In this document: positions 1 through 13,604 of the stretch, one piece after another
How the letters are laid out: each line of letters begins with the position of its first letter
Numbering within the stretch: position 1 is the stretch's first letter
Assembly: GCA_028534125.1 (NCBI GenBank)
Contig: CM052821.1
Coordinates: forward strand, 55,118,001-55,182,000
Source: Lama glama
Lineage: Eukaryota
DNA: 64,000 bases
Direction: 5' to 3'
Program-made: the position numbers and the translations under genes
Notes under the pieces: model-generated
Databases searched by the model: none
Told to the model about the DNA's origin: nothing
Seen by the model: the letters and a program-made list of their open reading frames with translations, nothing else

Positions 1-3000
1 TCTCTGCAGGGCCCGCCCACAGCAATGCAGTTCACAGCAGGGACCCCTACCCGGGGCAGATAATTGTGAACCCCATCTCTAGCAGAGCAGAATGTCCTTT
101 ATTGACCAAATTCATCTATACATCAGCTTTACCAAGAGAGTCTCACCTGCCAGGCCACACAGGTTCTGAAGCTCCAAGGCCACGCTCTGAACTGGACAAA
201 ACACATCAACGACCCAGCCCACCTCAGGGAGCTTGAGTCACCTGGGATGGAAGAGCACATGCTGACCCTTGGGAGGGAAGGTGTGGGGGGCAGCCCTGCT
301 GTGGGCGGGCTGCCTTGGACTTCTCAAGAATGACAGACACAAGCATTAGAAACGGAGACCCACGTCAGGTGGAGCCTGTTGCAAAGCCAGTCTGTAACCT
401 TAGGCCAGGGACAGGCTGCTCACCAAAGCGGCCTGGTGTCCAGGACAGCGACCGTGGCTGGGCCTGCAGAAGGTTCCAGACCCTGCAGACTTCCAGTAAG
501 TGCACAGTTTGCCCAGCACCACCACCACCTCTGCCTCAGTAATGGCAACTGATTCACATGTATCATGTTTTCTTTGTTACTAGTCTGGGGTCTAGCCAAA
601 CTCCCCACGGGGCCGTAAGTCACTGCCCACCTCTGCCTGTCTTGTGCCATTTGCACTCTCGCCTTGAATGTGGCCTCCTTCTCCTGCCACAGGCTTCTGT
701 GCATGCTGCTGCCGCCCCCCTGGGGTGCCGGGGCCAAGACTGATCCTTAACGGTGTGCTTCTGGGTCTCCCAGAGACTGCCGGGGTATCAGGCCAGGAGA
801 GACCCCATTGCCAACCCATGGGGTTACCTGGGGTTGCTGTGGAGGGTAGATGGGTTTGGTCTCTGAGAGTCCAGTTCTTGCTCCATCTTGGAGACCTCAG
901 CCAAGGGCTGTTGTTTCCTCGGTTTCCACCTCTGCAAAACTAGGATGAACCCAGCTGCTCTGCGGGGCCATGGTGGGTTTAGGGTCCATGCCTAAATGTG
1001 GCAAGACTTTGTTACGTGGACCCCTGAGGTCCTGCCGTCGATACTAGGAGGCCAGCCATGGGCCACGGAGCAGCTCTAGACTTGCTGACAGTAAACTCTC
1101 TCAGTCTGTGTCTCCTGCCCCTGCTGACTTCCACCACCTGACCTGAGGCCACGCTGCCAGGAGATCAGAGGCCACTGCCCTGGCTGATGATATCCTGGAA
1201 GCACACACTCTGTCCCATTGGGAGGCAGATCAGCAAAGGGCAAACAAGTGACCTGCAGAGGCTTTGGACAGTTCCTGGAAAAGAGCTTATCCAAACTACA
1301 GGGCAAACAGACAGATTCCTGTGTAAGGCCTGGACCCCAGACCCATGGGAGATGCTTCACCCCAGCAGGGGTCAGGGCCAGCCTCTGAGCAGATGGCCAA
1401 CATCACCTGCTTGCACATTCAAGGTCTAACCGCTGCCTGGTGTCTAGTGGCAGGAGCCTCATCCTGCTCCCCCTTTCTCCTCCTCTGAATGTCCCAGCTC
1501 CCTGATTCTCCTTTGGAGACCGAGAGACAGCCCTGGATGCTCTGGTGAGACTGGGCATGTGGGTATATCCAGGAGTGGCTCAGCAGGGCAGCTGTGAGCA
1601 CCACGGACCCACTTCCAACCCTGGGCTCTGCAACTTGCCAGTGTGACCTGGTACAGGGCATAGGGGGGCCTCTGTGTCTCAGGGTCCCTATTCCAGTGTG
1701 GGCATAATAATAATAATTTCTCCAAACACCTTCAAGATTAGAAAACATGAAACAGAACCTGAAACAGCATCAGCACCCAATAAATGGCAGCTATGAACTA
1801 AGATACACGGCCCCCTAAATGCTCCAAGTATCTACCAAGTCTGCAGAGAGAAACTCCGGTGATGCTCAGATGCGTATTCAAGAGAACTAACTTGTCCCCG
1901 GAGTTATGAAGTTCTCAGTCCCTGCGCAGGAGGCTGTCTACCTGCTGTTGTGTCGCCCATGCTCCATCAATGCTGAGGAAGGCAAGGAGGCGGGGGGGGG
2001 GGGCGGGGGGGCGGGGCGAGAGGAACTTTCAGGAGCTGGGGGCGGGGAGGGGTTTGTCCTTTGGGAAGTTTCCCCTCTGCTGGGCGTGACAGCTTTCTCA
2101 TGGCCAAGAGAAGTCTGCTCAAGGTAAACAGGAACCCACGGTCCCCTGGGGGCAGCATGTACTAATCTGTTTCATGGATCCTCCCGTGAGAAAAGCCCGG
2201 AGCACCCTTCCACTTTCTGCGTGGGGAGAGGGAGGCAAGGGACTGGCTGAGAGCCTTTGTTCAAAGGTGACAACATTCGTCACATGCAGGAAAAAGTCTT
2301 CTCTCCCTAAAACCTTGGAGCCCGAAGAACATCATTTCTCTATGTCTGCTGGACGTGCACACTACTCGGCTGAACTCTACGCAATTTCCTTTGTCCTTGT
2401 TCAAAACAATTTCTCCCAGATCTTTCCAACTGCCCAACGGAACTGGGATTATGGTCAACCATCACAGTGCATCTGGGAAAAGAAGTCAACACTCCTGTCT
2501 GGACTCTTGGTTCCTGATAGCCTGGGATCTGGAGTATGTCAGGAGACGTCTCGGAGCCTGGATGTCCTCATGAGGACATGATCTCAGTATGGGCAGCCTG
2601 TGGTCAGCTCCCTGAGCTTCTGTATCCATGACACCCAGCACAGTCCGACCCTAGCTGCATGAATAAATAACACTGTTGCCTGCCCGACCTATGAGATATC
2701 CAGGATATAATGTACACAGATCACTTTGTAAACTCTGAAACATAACACAAAAATTGTCTCTTGCTATATATTATGTGCAATGAAAGTTGGGCTTCTCGGT
2801 GAATTAGTGGGAAGATTATGTGGGTGTCTGCAGGTTGGGGTGAAGTTCACCACAGGTATGGAACCAATCAACAGGGTGAGTTTAAGACCTCTGTGCAAGG
2901 CCAGGTACTGCCAGGTCTCCAGTGTCTCTGTGTAATGCGGGGATTTGTTTGGTGCTGCATTTCCTGCCCTGAGTAGGTCCTCCTGGGCGCTCGCTGCTAC

Positions 3001-3049
3001 AAATAGAACAGTGGCAGGAACAGCGGGAGGGCAAGGAGCAGGGTTGGCA

Positions 3050-5200
3050 TAGCACACATTTCGTTCCCAAAGGAGGGGCGTCCTGATGCGCTGGCACCGG
3101 GGGCTTTGCATTCCGCGCGGGGAGCTCGGGCGTCACCGCGCAAACAAAGCCGCTTTGCAGCTTTTCCTTTTGCTCCTCGCCATTGGCTGCCGGGCCGCGA
3201 CCTCCCCCCTGCGCTGGCAGAAGCCCAGCGCCTTAGCTGGGCGCAAAGTCAGTCCCTCACCCTCGACGCACGGGGGGAGGGGCACGGCTCTCCCCAGCAG
3301 GGGGTGGGGCGGGGGGCGGTTGGTCGCAGTTGGCCGCGACTCGCGGCACCCGGCCTGGTTGCCCTTCACCCTTCTGTGTCCCTCGCCCGCCTCACCCGCC
3401 CTGGCAACTCCGCCACCTGTTGACGCGTCCATGTCCTCCCAGTTTGCGTTCCCATTCCCCTTTTGCATCCTGGGGTCCCCGGGACAAGGTCCTTCCCCTC
3501 TCGCCCCGCCCTCTGCGCTATCCCGAGACTCGAGGTCACCCGCGCCTCTGCCCCGGGTCTAGACCAGTTCATTGCCCAGACCCGCAAAGCCCAGAGGAGG
3601 AGGGGCCTGGGCGCCGGGCGGGAACCTCCACCCGTCCCGCAGGCGCGGGGCCGAACATGCGCCGACGCCCAGCCGCACGCGGTGTGCCATCGCGGCTCTG
3701 TGCCCACCCGCCCGGTGACCTGGCAGTCCCTCCGCCTCCCCCGCCTCAGTTTCCCCACTGGTGCAGTGCCTGCGGGGAAGGAGGTGGGAGCCGCTGAGAG
3801 GGGCCCCACCCCGCCCCGCGGGCATCCAATCGGGCGCCGCCACCCGGGGGGTGTGTCCCACGCGGGGCGGGCCCGGGGGCGGGGCTTCCTGGCCGGCCAC
3901 CCGCGCGAGCGGCCGCAGCTACCCGGCCCGAGCGGGGGCAAAGGGGCGGCGCGTGCCGCTGGGGCGCGGCTGGCACGGACGCGGGGAGGCGGCGCCGGGC
4001 ATGGGCTGGGGACGCGGCGGCCCCACGGCGGGGGCAGCGGGCGGCGGGGGCGGAGGCGGCCGCTAGCGCCCAGCCCGGCGCCGCCTCCCTCCGCGAGCTC
4101 GCCCGGCGGACAGGCAGGCAGCGGACTGCGGCTCCAGGTGCCAGGGGGCGGGCGGGCGCACTCAGGGGTCTGCGGCCGGGACTTCCCCCGTCGCGCGACC
4201 CAGAGCGGCGGCGGACGGGGAGGGGCCCGGCGGCGCATGCGCGGGGCCCAGGGGCGCGGGGCGAGGGCACTTGCGACCGGCTCTTGAGGGGGATCCCGGG
4301 GCCCAGGGGGCCGCCCCTTGCTCGGCCTCCCTCCGAGCGTCCAGGGCCTGCCCGGAGCTCCGGCTTACGCAGCTGTCGGTGGGGCTGGGGGCTGGGGGCT
4401 GGGCAGAGGTGGAGGCCAGGGACCTCAGAGACATTGGGGTCCTCAGGTTGTCGCCCGGAGAGAAGGCCTACCAGGCGGGGACATCGGGCGCACCTTTCCT
4501 TCAGCGTGGTCGAGTTTGGGCGTCGGCGACGGGGGGGCGTTTCCCGAGACCTACAGGGATCCCCTAGGCGAGGTGGCCGGAGGCCCCGACAGACCGACCC
4601 TCCGGGCCGTGCGCGGGGCGGTTAGGATCCGACGGGAGAGACTCACACGCGGGTTAGTTCACCTTTGAGGAACTTCCCCACTTTGCGCCTGAGCGCAGTC
4701 GGGCGACCCAGACGGGCCGGGCCGGGCCGGGTGAGCCCAGGGCAGTCTCCGCCACGGGACTTCCTTCCAAGCCCGGGGCCCTCGCGTCCGGCGCGGGGCG
4801 TCGGCGCCCAGGTCTCCCCGAGTCCCCGGCTGCGCAGCTTGGTGCTGGCGGAAGTCCGGAGGGTCGGTTCTGCCGCACGCCCTCCCCAGACTAACAGGGA
4901 ACAACTGCACGGCCGTGCTTCCCTCGCCTGTCTCAGTTTAAAGGCTGGACCCCGTGCCCCAAATGTCAAGGTTCTTTCTAAGAAAAGTCCGCAGTTGTAT
5001 AACGTGTTGGAGTTCGTGGGGCGCTCCGGAACGTTCGGGGCTGCTTGCCCACCCCAGTGCCAACCACCTCTCCGCAAACCAGCGAGCCCCCTCCTCTCCC
5101 AGGGCTGCTTGGGAAGCGGTGCGGGCCGGGCCCGGAGGGGAGCGGGGGTGCAGGGTCTCCTGGGGACGACCCTACCACACTATGGCCGTTGAAAAAGCAG
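3050..5200. promoter_or_regulatory. PPARA: CpG island / TATA-less PPARA promoter
   Basis: Very GC- and CpG-rich; GC boxes (GGGGCGGG at ~3864, ~3876, ~4145), CCAAT at 3826-3830, ATTGG at 3182-3186; contains the first exon. Confidence 0.92.
4040..4137 (+). other. PPARA: PPARA non-coding exon 1 (start approximate)
   Basis: GCGCCGCCTCCCTCCGCGAGCTCGCCCGGCGGACAGGCAGGCAGCGGACTGCGGCTCCAG resembles the human PPARA mRNA 5' end as I recall it; followed by donor CAG|GTGCCA. Confidence 0.75.
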
Positions 5201-5296
5201 GGTCAGGGTGACTTTCCTCTTCCAAGGTGGTGGAGAGTTGGGGAGAATCCAGAGGACATATCGTAATCATTTCCTCCTTTACCTTCTTACTGCCAG

Positions 5297-5379
5297 GGCT
5301 GCAGTGAAAGGCCCTGCCTCCTCTGTGAAGTAACAGTTCGTGGCAAGACAAGCCCAGAACCAAGACGCTGTCATCACAG
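5297..5379 (+). other. PPARA: PPARA non-coding exon 2 (83 nt, no ATG)
   Basis: Strong pyrimidine tract + ccAG; body ...AACAGTTCGTGGCAAGACAAGCCCAGAAC...GCTGTCATCACAG resembles the human 5' UTR exon; donor CAG|GTAAAT. Confidence 0.88.
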
Positions 5380-7283
5380 GTAAATGGAAGGTTCGATTTA
5401 CTCATTTTTCCAGACTGCAGTGTTTAAGTGCTGCTTCCATTGCCCTGCAGACTAGCACTGGGGGTTAATTATTACTTTCTGATGCAATGTTAGGTATATT
5501 TTCACTTCTTCGAAAGTCAGATAAATTGAGGATAGATGCTCTTTTAAGTTCTGAAAACTTTATGGTGTCAATGTCACCGGGCACTTCTTTCTGGCAGGCT
5601 GGTTCCATGTGATTTAAAACCAGTTAATATAACTGTGAGAAATGTTTTTATTTAACAGACACTTAAGTTACAGACACTTGAGAAGTGAAGAGCCATCACT
5701 TAGCTGTTTTAATTCCAATTTGAATAGCAAGCAAGTGGCCTTCTGAGCTAGCAGATCTGGTCTAGAACTGCCCTCAGCCAGGACAGTGGAACCCTGGAGA
5801 AGCGAGTGGGTGGTCCGGTTGCACGGTCACTGTGTGAAGGGCCAGGCAGTGAGCTTGACAAAATTCTCTACAACTTTGAAGCAACAGCAAATTAATTGAC
5901 GATAGAAAAAAATTATTTCCCTCTTTTCACGTCTTAAGACATAAAAATTACTCCGTAATCATAAAATAGTTCTTTTTACTAGCTCATGTTTGTCCAACTT
6001 GTAAAACATTTTTAAACGTAGTATGTGTATGTGGGAGAGAGAATGGGAGGGATGGAGGGAAAAAACGTGTTTCTTCTATATAAACTATTGTGTGATCTGC
6101 TTATTAACTGTTAGGTTATGAAAAACCTTTCCATGTGAATAAATGTGTTTGTGTCTTATCATTTTAAATGTCCATATGATATTTCATTGTGTTTAGATAC
6201 AGTGATTATTAGGCCAGTCCATATATATATATTTAAAAACTCATTTATTCTAGAACTATTTACTGACTGGCTGCTGTGGGCTGTTGTGCTCAGAATCGAG
6301 CCAGGCAACAACCACAGATCTGCTCATGAAGATAATGTTTACCAGAATCTAAAAGAAGATGAACCTGGAGTGCAGAAAGGGAAATATTTTTGCCATGACA
6401 CCTTGTTGTGTAGTGGTTGGTAGCCAGTGGGTTTTTTTCTTGCATGTTGTCTGTGAACATCTGTGTTTTTATAATAAGGATTCTTTAAGTAATAGCTTTA
6501 AAAAAACTTTTATTAAAATGTTCCTTTGCTTACTGTGAACAGATTTTAAACATGCCAAGTTCTGTTTCCTCTCTCAGTCTGTGTGTGATGTACTCTTCAT
6601 GGCAAATAGAATGAGTGTCTTAATTTCCAAGTGACCAGAGGTTTTGGTGAACAATTGTAATAGTTTTTTGCATTGCAGTTAGAGGATGCAGTTAGAGGCC
6701 TGCATAATTTCTGCTGCTTTTGGGATTTGAGGGCCCCTGTTTTTATTTCTGTCCTTGGCAGCTTGGTTTAGAGTCACAGACTCTATATGTTTCATAGACA
6801 TTTCAAATAATGATATAGTTTCTGTCTATAGGACAGACATTTGCTGGATCTTTTATTTCTACCTTATTCATTACATAGAACAAGCTAGCTCTCCTCTAAG
6901 GCCATGTGGTTAGGGTAAATCGGGCAAGGAATTTTGATTTCCAACTTGGTGTTAGGAAGAGCCCTAGGTGTCCCAGAGGACTGTATTCAAGAGAACTCGT
7001 TTATTCTCCCAAGTACTTCCTTCACTTGCCTGTAGCGACCTGTCCTGTGGGTAACAGACATAACCTCGTTTGATCTGCTCGGTGTTTGGAGTCGTGCTCC
7101 TTCTTTTCTTCTAGAGCACTTAATTAGCATCTTGTGGAAGAGTGTACGCACATTAAAAGGTGAAAAATTTGCTCCCCACGAGTCAGACCTATTATAGTTA
7201 TTTCAGTGGTTGAGCTGCATTTGTTTTGAGGTCAGCATACAGTACAAGAAAGAGGATTGGAGTGTTTTGCTTTCCATCAGGGA

Positions 7284-7480
7284 AGCAGCTTGACATAGTG
7301 GAAAAGGCACTGGGTCTTCATGAGATTTGATTCTCATCCCTTCGAGGCCACCTGCCAGACTTGGCCATCTTTGTCCACCTCTCTAAAGGCTGTTTTCTCT
7401 TGCATAACGGAGTTCCTCTCCGATCCACCTCTCTGAAGGATTGGGAGGCTCAAAAGTGGTGGCTTACATGAAGATTCTTT
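7284..7480 (+). mobile_element. MIR-like ancient SINE remnant
   Basis: Degenerate MIR-type core (gcagcttgacatagtggaaaaggcactgg...ctgttttctcttgcataacgg). Confidence 0.5.
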
Positions 7481-7984
7481 GTAAAATGTAAAAAACCGTC
7501 GTCAGCGCAGGCAGTGTCACACTGTACTGCCTGCTCTCCCTGAGCTGGCTCTGGTACCTGAACTCTGTTTGCTCTGACCATTTTGTGAGTTTCCAAAGGC
7601 TTTCGGAAAGAAACGCATCCCCTCGACCCTGTGTATATATACTTTTTTTTTTCATTTTTGAGTAGGTAAACCGTAGTCCTACCCTAGTAAGAGTAAAACT
7701 GTCATGAGTGGTTCGTGTTTTCTCTGACTGTGGCTACGCCCTCAAGGTTTGATGGTGATGTATTTAGCATCGGTCCTCACTCCGGTACACCTAGACCGTG
7801 AAAACAGTTGTTCCTCATCCTTGGAGGGTCTGTGGAAACGCAGGCTGGATGAGATCTTCCCCAGCTAGGGCTGCTCCTCGGTGCTACCCACGTCTCTTTC
7901 CCATGGAGTCGACCTTGATAAGAGCAGAGTAAGTCTTACTCATCTCTGCCTTGCTGGTCCTGTATACCCAGGAGTGGCTTACTC

Positions 7985-8321
7985 CATCCCCCACATCTGC
8001 AGGTTCTGTATCCACCAGTTCAACCGACCGAAAATATGCAGGGGGAGCAATATTCCAGAAAGTTCCAAAAAGCAAAACTTGAATTTGCCGCACACCAATA
8101 ATTGCTTACATAGCATTTACACTGTATTTACAACTATTGACATAGCCTGTATGTTAGGTATTACAAGTAATCTAGAGACGATTAAAATATACAAAGGGTG
8201 CACGTGGGTTATATGCAGATACCACACCATTTTATATAAGGGATGTGAGCACCTGCAGATTTTGGTACCCGAGGGCAGGGGTCCTGGAACCCATCCCGTG
8301 AGGATGCCGAGGGATGACTGT
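7985..8321 (-). mobile_element. MER2/MER2B-like TcMar-Tigger non-autonomous DNA transposon
   Basis: Contains ccagaaagttccaaaaagcaaaacttgaatttgc and ends ...gagggatgactg; homologous copy at ~59595-59923. Confidence 0.8.
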
Positions 8322-9297
8322 TCATTGACCAGATAAGGGGTTAATAGAATTTAATTCAACAAGTGCTAATTGATGTTTTCTACAGCCCTCAGATGGGGGT
8401 GGGAGCTGGCTAGGGGGGGACTAGCAGCACAGCAGGGGGCCTCCCACCGCAAGAGGATTTTCCTCAGGCATTTTGCAGCTTCCCTTGAATCTGCCGCAGC
8501 GAGAGCCTGTCCTTCTGTCACCACTAGGCAAGCGTGGCTCCCAGCGCAGAGGTGTTATAAAGGTCGCGGCTCAAATTATTCTATTCAGAATCATCACTAG
8601 AGTTGGGGGGTATTAAGCATTAAATAGACTGTGTCTGAGACGGCTAGAGAATCTGACAGAGAAGAATGCCCTTTTCCTGCAAGATCGTGGATTCCAATTC
8701 CAAGTAACTGACTCAGTGGGGGAAGGGGAGCAGTGTTTGTCTTAGCAGGGCAAGGGTCCCGCTGGCCCTCTTAACAGCGGCGATAAAGGCACACGCAGGA
8801 GAAACTGGAGGAAGCACTGATTTAACGTCTCCTGTGTTCCGGGAGGCAGCACTCATCTGACTGCTTTTATTTGTCTCTGCTTAAGGAGATCTGCAAATAA
8901 AGAGACCTGTGGTTTCTGTTCTGATCTGCTTGCTTCTACGCTTTTAAGTCAAGAGACCACATATAAACCTTTGAAAAAGTAGTACCTTGAATAGTGAGAG
9001 CTGGGGAAGCAAATACAGTGACTGATGGTCTCAAAGTTTATGAAGCTTCGTAGGGAAGGTTGGGTTTGCTAATGTAGTTAAGTAAACAGTATGTTGTGGT
9101 TCCCCCCCCATTTTAGAGTGAGTGAGGCACCAAGTTCCTTGCAGCCATTTGTAACTGAATAAGTCTGTGGTTATGTGATAACCACACTGAGGTGACAAAT
9201 TGCCAAGCTCTAGTAAAAGAGACCCGGTTACTTAGAGGTTGACATGTGTATATATATGCCTCTTTCTGAAATAGGCTAAGAAGGTGTCACATGCCCG

Positions 9298-9408
9298 TTT
9301 ATTTATTTGTTTTTACAAGACTTTTTTTTTTAATGGAGGTACTAGGGATTGAACCCAGGACCTCAGGCATGCTAAGCTTTCCCTCTACCACTCAGCACGT
9401 CCTCTCCC
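9298..9408 (-). mobile_element. tRNA-Ala-derived SINE (camelid Vic-1-like)
   Basis: Reverse complement of the family head incl. B-box GGTTCAATCC; T-rich tail on the + strand. Confidence 0.85.
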
Positions 9409-12400
9409 ATTGCCTGCGTATTGAAATGCAAATTTACAGTGAAGCAATATGGCTTGCAAAATGCAGGATTGCAGGATCAAGTGACATCAAATTTTGATGA
9501 TCTGAAATCAAGTTTACTAATATCCCGTATATGTTAAATGGGATTTTTTTTTTTTAACCCAAAGAGTCTCTAGAAGCGTTTTCAGGCAGCGTTCCCTGCT
9601 GGACAAGCTGACATCTATTAGGCTGCCAGTAGAAAGAATATATTCCGCTCTGTGTAGGATTATGAATAAATTTGATACAGTCTAGCCTGTAATTTCTTTT
9701 TGGCTCATTCCACGGGACAGCTTGATACGTGGGTTAGTGTCGTTTATTCACTGTCCACTCACTTTCTATTTCTGTTTGTCTAACTGTGTGCTAGGGATGG
9801 GAGTCTCATGAATGACGTGTAAAAGGAACATTGTTCAGAGAAATCTGAAATTTGGCTTCAATACAGAAGCGTCTCTCGGTGTGTGGAAGTTGTTTACAAA
9901 ACCAGCAGGCAGATGCCCTGACGGCATCCTTGGGTTCTAGGATTTGTGGGGAGGGCACTTTGCTTGAGTGTCACAATCATTATTTCTTCCCACTTTGCAA
10001 CACGTTGCAGACTGCGTCCCCTGGCCAAGGCGAGGGGACCTCTGCCCCATCTCTGCAGAGTCCTCCTGATGGTCCACAGCAAGCAATCCAGAGTGCGTGG
10101 AAGTTCAGAAAATGACTTTCTTTCCCTCTTTTCCTTAAAGAAACCCACTTGCTGAGAGCATTTTCCAGAAAGAAAGACATGCTTTTACCATAGCTCTCAA
10201 GTCATAGAAATAAACCCAGCCCGTGGCATTCAGTGAGGAGTCCTGAAAGAGATGCATGGTTAAAAGGAAGAAAACAAAGTTCAGTCGTGCAGACATGCTG
10301 ATGGCGAGAGTTTGACCTAAGAAGACGGCTTTGAAAAATAAGAGGTGTGAAGAGAAAGGTGAAGGATGGAATATTTAGAGGCATGCATGGGTGGCTGCTG
10401 TTCCTTGAGCGAAAAGACCAGCACAGACAGGGTTAAAAGAATGTGAGTGACAAGTGATGACTGCAGAATGTAGGGGTGGAAATGTTGGTGCCTGGCCAGA
10501 GTAAGAAGGTTCTGGCCCCAGGGGAGGAGGTAAGACGGGGGCGCCTGCACTCGCTCAGGTGGGGAGACGGAGGACCCATCCCTAGCAGTGGCTAGAGGAG
10601 GACTGCCCGCCCTCCGCTGGAGCAGCCTGAAAACCAAAGATTGTAACCTCCAGGGAGTCCAGACCCGGCGCTGGTGTGATGAACTGAAAGAGGAAAGTTA
10701 CGCTCCTGGCCGAGGGTGACAGCAGCTGGTGACGGAGGGAGGTTTACGTGGGAAGCTTTCAATGAAGAGCTGTGGTCATTCTTTCCAAGTCCCGGCTTTG
10801 TGCATGAATGTCGTGTAAAGACTAGCAGCATATCAATATAAGAAGAGAAAACGGGGTATTTTCTTTCACTCCAGAAACCAAAAATTATTGACTTTTTCCC
10901 TGCTGCATTCTCTTTACTTAGGTGAATCTGACAAAGTCAGCTTTTAGTGTCTAGGTCAGAAGTCTAAGTGAAAGTGAATATTTAACCACACTCAAGGACG
11001 GCAGATAATCTTTAATACTAACAGAGGCACAAGACGTAAGAGAAAGAAGAATCTAGAAGGGGAAAAAAAAAGCCAAAGAAGCAGATACAGCTGTGGCTGG
11101 GTCACGGACTGATACAAGAGCTCAAAACCTAGGAGGCACTCGGTGAATTCAGATGTGGGCTTTCTTTGTAGAGTAAATCGTCTTCTAGAAGGTGTTTCGG
11201 GAGGATCTGTGTCAGATCTGCTGTGGTCTCTTTGAAATGAAAACTCTGAGAGACAAGAGTAGCAATGAAAACTTAGAACTCTTTGCAATTAAAAGCAGTG
11301 ACCTGAAAGAGACCAAAAGATGCGATTCCAACGTCAGGTATTAAAATCTCATCCATCCAGCTGCTGTCTTCATATCTGTACGTGTGACGTTAAACTGCTG
11401 GAGGACTGGGAAGACGGAAGTTCTCTTTCTGGCCGTGTGTGTCCCTTCCTCGGAGCCCTCCTGGCTCGCCCCTCCCTGTGCCAGCATTTCATCTCCACAG
11501 TTGTCTGGATCCAGCCAGCCTTGTCCCTACCTGGAGGACCCTGCATTTTTTCGTTGCTGTCGTGACCTTGGGTCCCACATCCACCAGCCTTCCTGACATC
11601 ACCCTGACTCTCCCGGAGACTCAGACTCAGAGTGTCCGGTTCTGAGACCCCACCGAGTTTTCCCTCCCCAACCCCGGTCTTCCTCGCCATCCAATAAGCG
11701 GCCTTCCTGTCCCCTCTTCCCACTGGGGCAGTGGAGGCTGGACAAGTGCAGGGTCTTGACTGACTGCTCAGGCAGACTGCTCATCTGGCCCGCACCTCAG
11801 TCTTCCTGTCTACAAATGGGGCCAATACTCGTGCTGTGTGGCACAACCTGCGTGGCTGTGCCTGGCACGTAGTGAGAACGCTTTAGCTGTTTCCTTGCTT
11901 GTTACTAACTCTCCGGCCTCAACGGGGACTCATGTGTCCTCATTTATCAGCTCCTGTGGTGACTGGGAGGGCAGGGGCCTGACTCTTAGGGGCCAGCATT
12001 CTTCCCTCGTGACCAGATCCTCTGCCGCACCTGGGTCCCTCCCTCACCCTGCCTCGTCTCCACCTCGCCCCCTTACCTCTACCCTCTACCCTTGAGATCT
12101 CAGCTGAAGATTACTTTCTCAAGGAAACCCCTCCGGACTGCCTGCCCCAGTCGGGTCTCTGCTACAAGCACTTACAGTGCCCGGTGCTTTTCCCACGAGC
12201 GTGCCCATTACCTGTTCATTTGCGTGGTGTCTTGAGGAAGTGGCTCTCTCCATCCTGCCCCCCTGGGGGGCCGGAAACCACAGCTGCCTCCCTTTGCAGC
12301 GCCCTGGATGTGCTACCGGCAGGAGTTGCAGGACCTGCTCTGTGAACATGCAGCTCCGGTCAGGCTACCCTCCATTTGAGATTCCTTCAGGGCTTAATCA

Positions 12401-13604
12401 AATGCCACCTCCTTCAGGAAGCCGTCCTTGATTTCCCCCCAAATGAGAGGAGGGAATTTTGTCACTCCCCTGTAGCAATTTGAATCTCTCTGATTTGAGA
12501 TATTTTGCCTTCACCCCAGGAGCTGTTTATTGAGCACATCGGTCGTTTATTCCCGAAATTGTTCATGTGTTTGACAAACCTTTAGTGAGCACCTTCTACA
12601 TGCCAGGCAGTGTTCTAAGTACTGGGGACAGCAGTGACAGGCAGCAGGTTCCATCCAGGGAGGCAGCGGCATTTTCACAGCCTGCCACCAGAAAGCGTTG
12701 CATTACATGACGGGACTCCTAGGCTCAGAGGGGAGGCAGCTACCAAAGCGGTGTGGCGCGTGGTGGTCAGAGCCAGTGTAGACGGTCGGACAGCTGAGGC
12801 TGCTCCCCCCCGACCAGCACGGCGTCCAGTGGGGCAGCGGCATTTTCACAGCAGAAGCCTGTGTGGCTCAATAAACATTTGTCTTTAAAATTCAGAATTT
12901 CCTTTCACTAAAGGAACTAAGTTGGGAGAAAGGAAAAGAGTGAATAAAAATTATCCAAGCAGGTGTAGTTCTCCTGATGCGTATCTTACTATTCCGCTTA
13001 CCGTGAAGTGCTCGAGGGAAAGCCTTCTGGCCCACTTGGGTCAGCAGGGTTTAAGTCTGAGATGAACACTCTCATCTCGCATTGGATGACCTGTTTCCAG
13101 GAAACCCCGCACGTTTGGCTGTGGTGTCTGCCTTCTCTTTGTCGCCAAGAATTCAGCGTTAAAAGCAGATGAGCCTTCGGACCAGGGAGTCTGTCTGAAT
13201 CATATGAGTGTGGTAATCGCTCCCTGAAAGGAACAGGGACAAGGACTTGCAGGGACATGAGCTGGGTCATGTGTGCCATTAGTGTGACATCATTTGGTTT
13301 CATAGAAGTGAGTGAGGCAAATTAAATTCTTCCCTAGACGAACGAAGCCCCTTTCCTAGGCTGATGGACAGAGAGTGAAGTGTGTCTTCCAGGGCTGCAG
13401 GCGGCTTTGTGGCTGGGGTGATGGGGAGAGAGGCAGCTGTGTCCTGCCGGGGAAGTTATCAGCCCAGTTACGTCGGTGGGAGCAGGGCCGGCTCCTGGAG
13501 GTACCAGCTTCCAACAGCAGACTCGCGCAGGTGGTGGAGATGGGTTTGCGGTTTTTTAAAGCCGAGTTCACTGAGGTGTAATTGACTCACAGTAAAATTC
13601 ACCC

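Noticed and set aside
3086-5266. Many long overlapping ORFs (up to 290 aa) on both strands
   Set aside because: Low-complexity Arg/Gly/Pro/Ala products expected from stop-poor CpG-island DNA; no recognisable domain.
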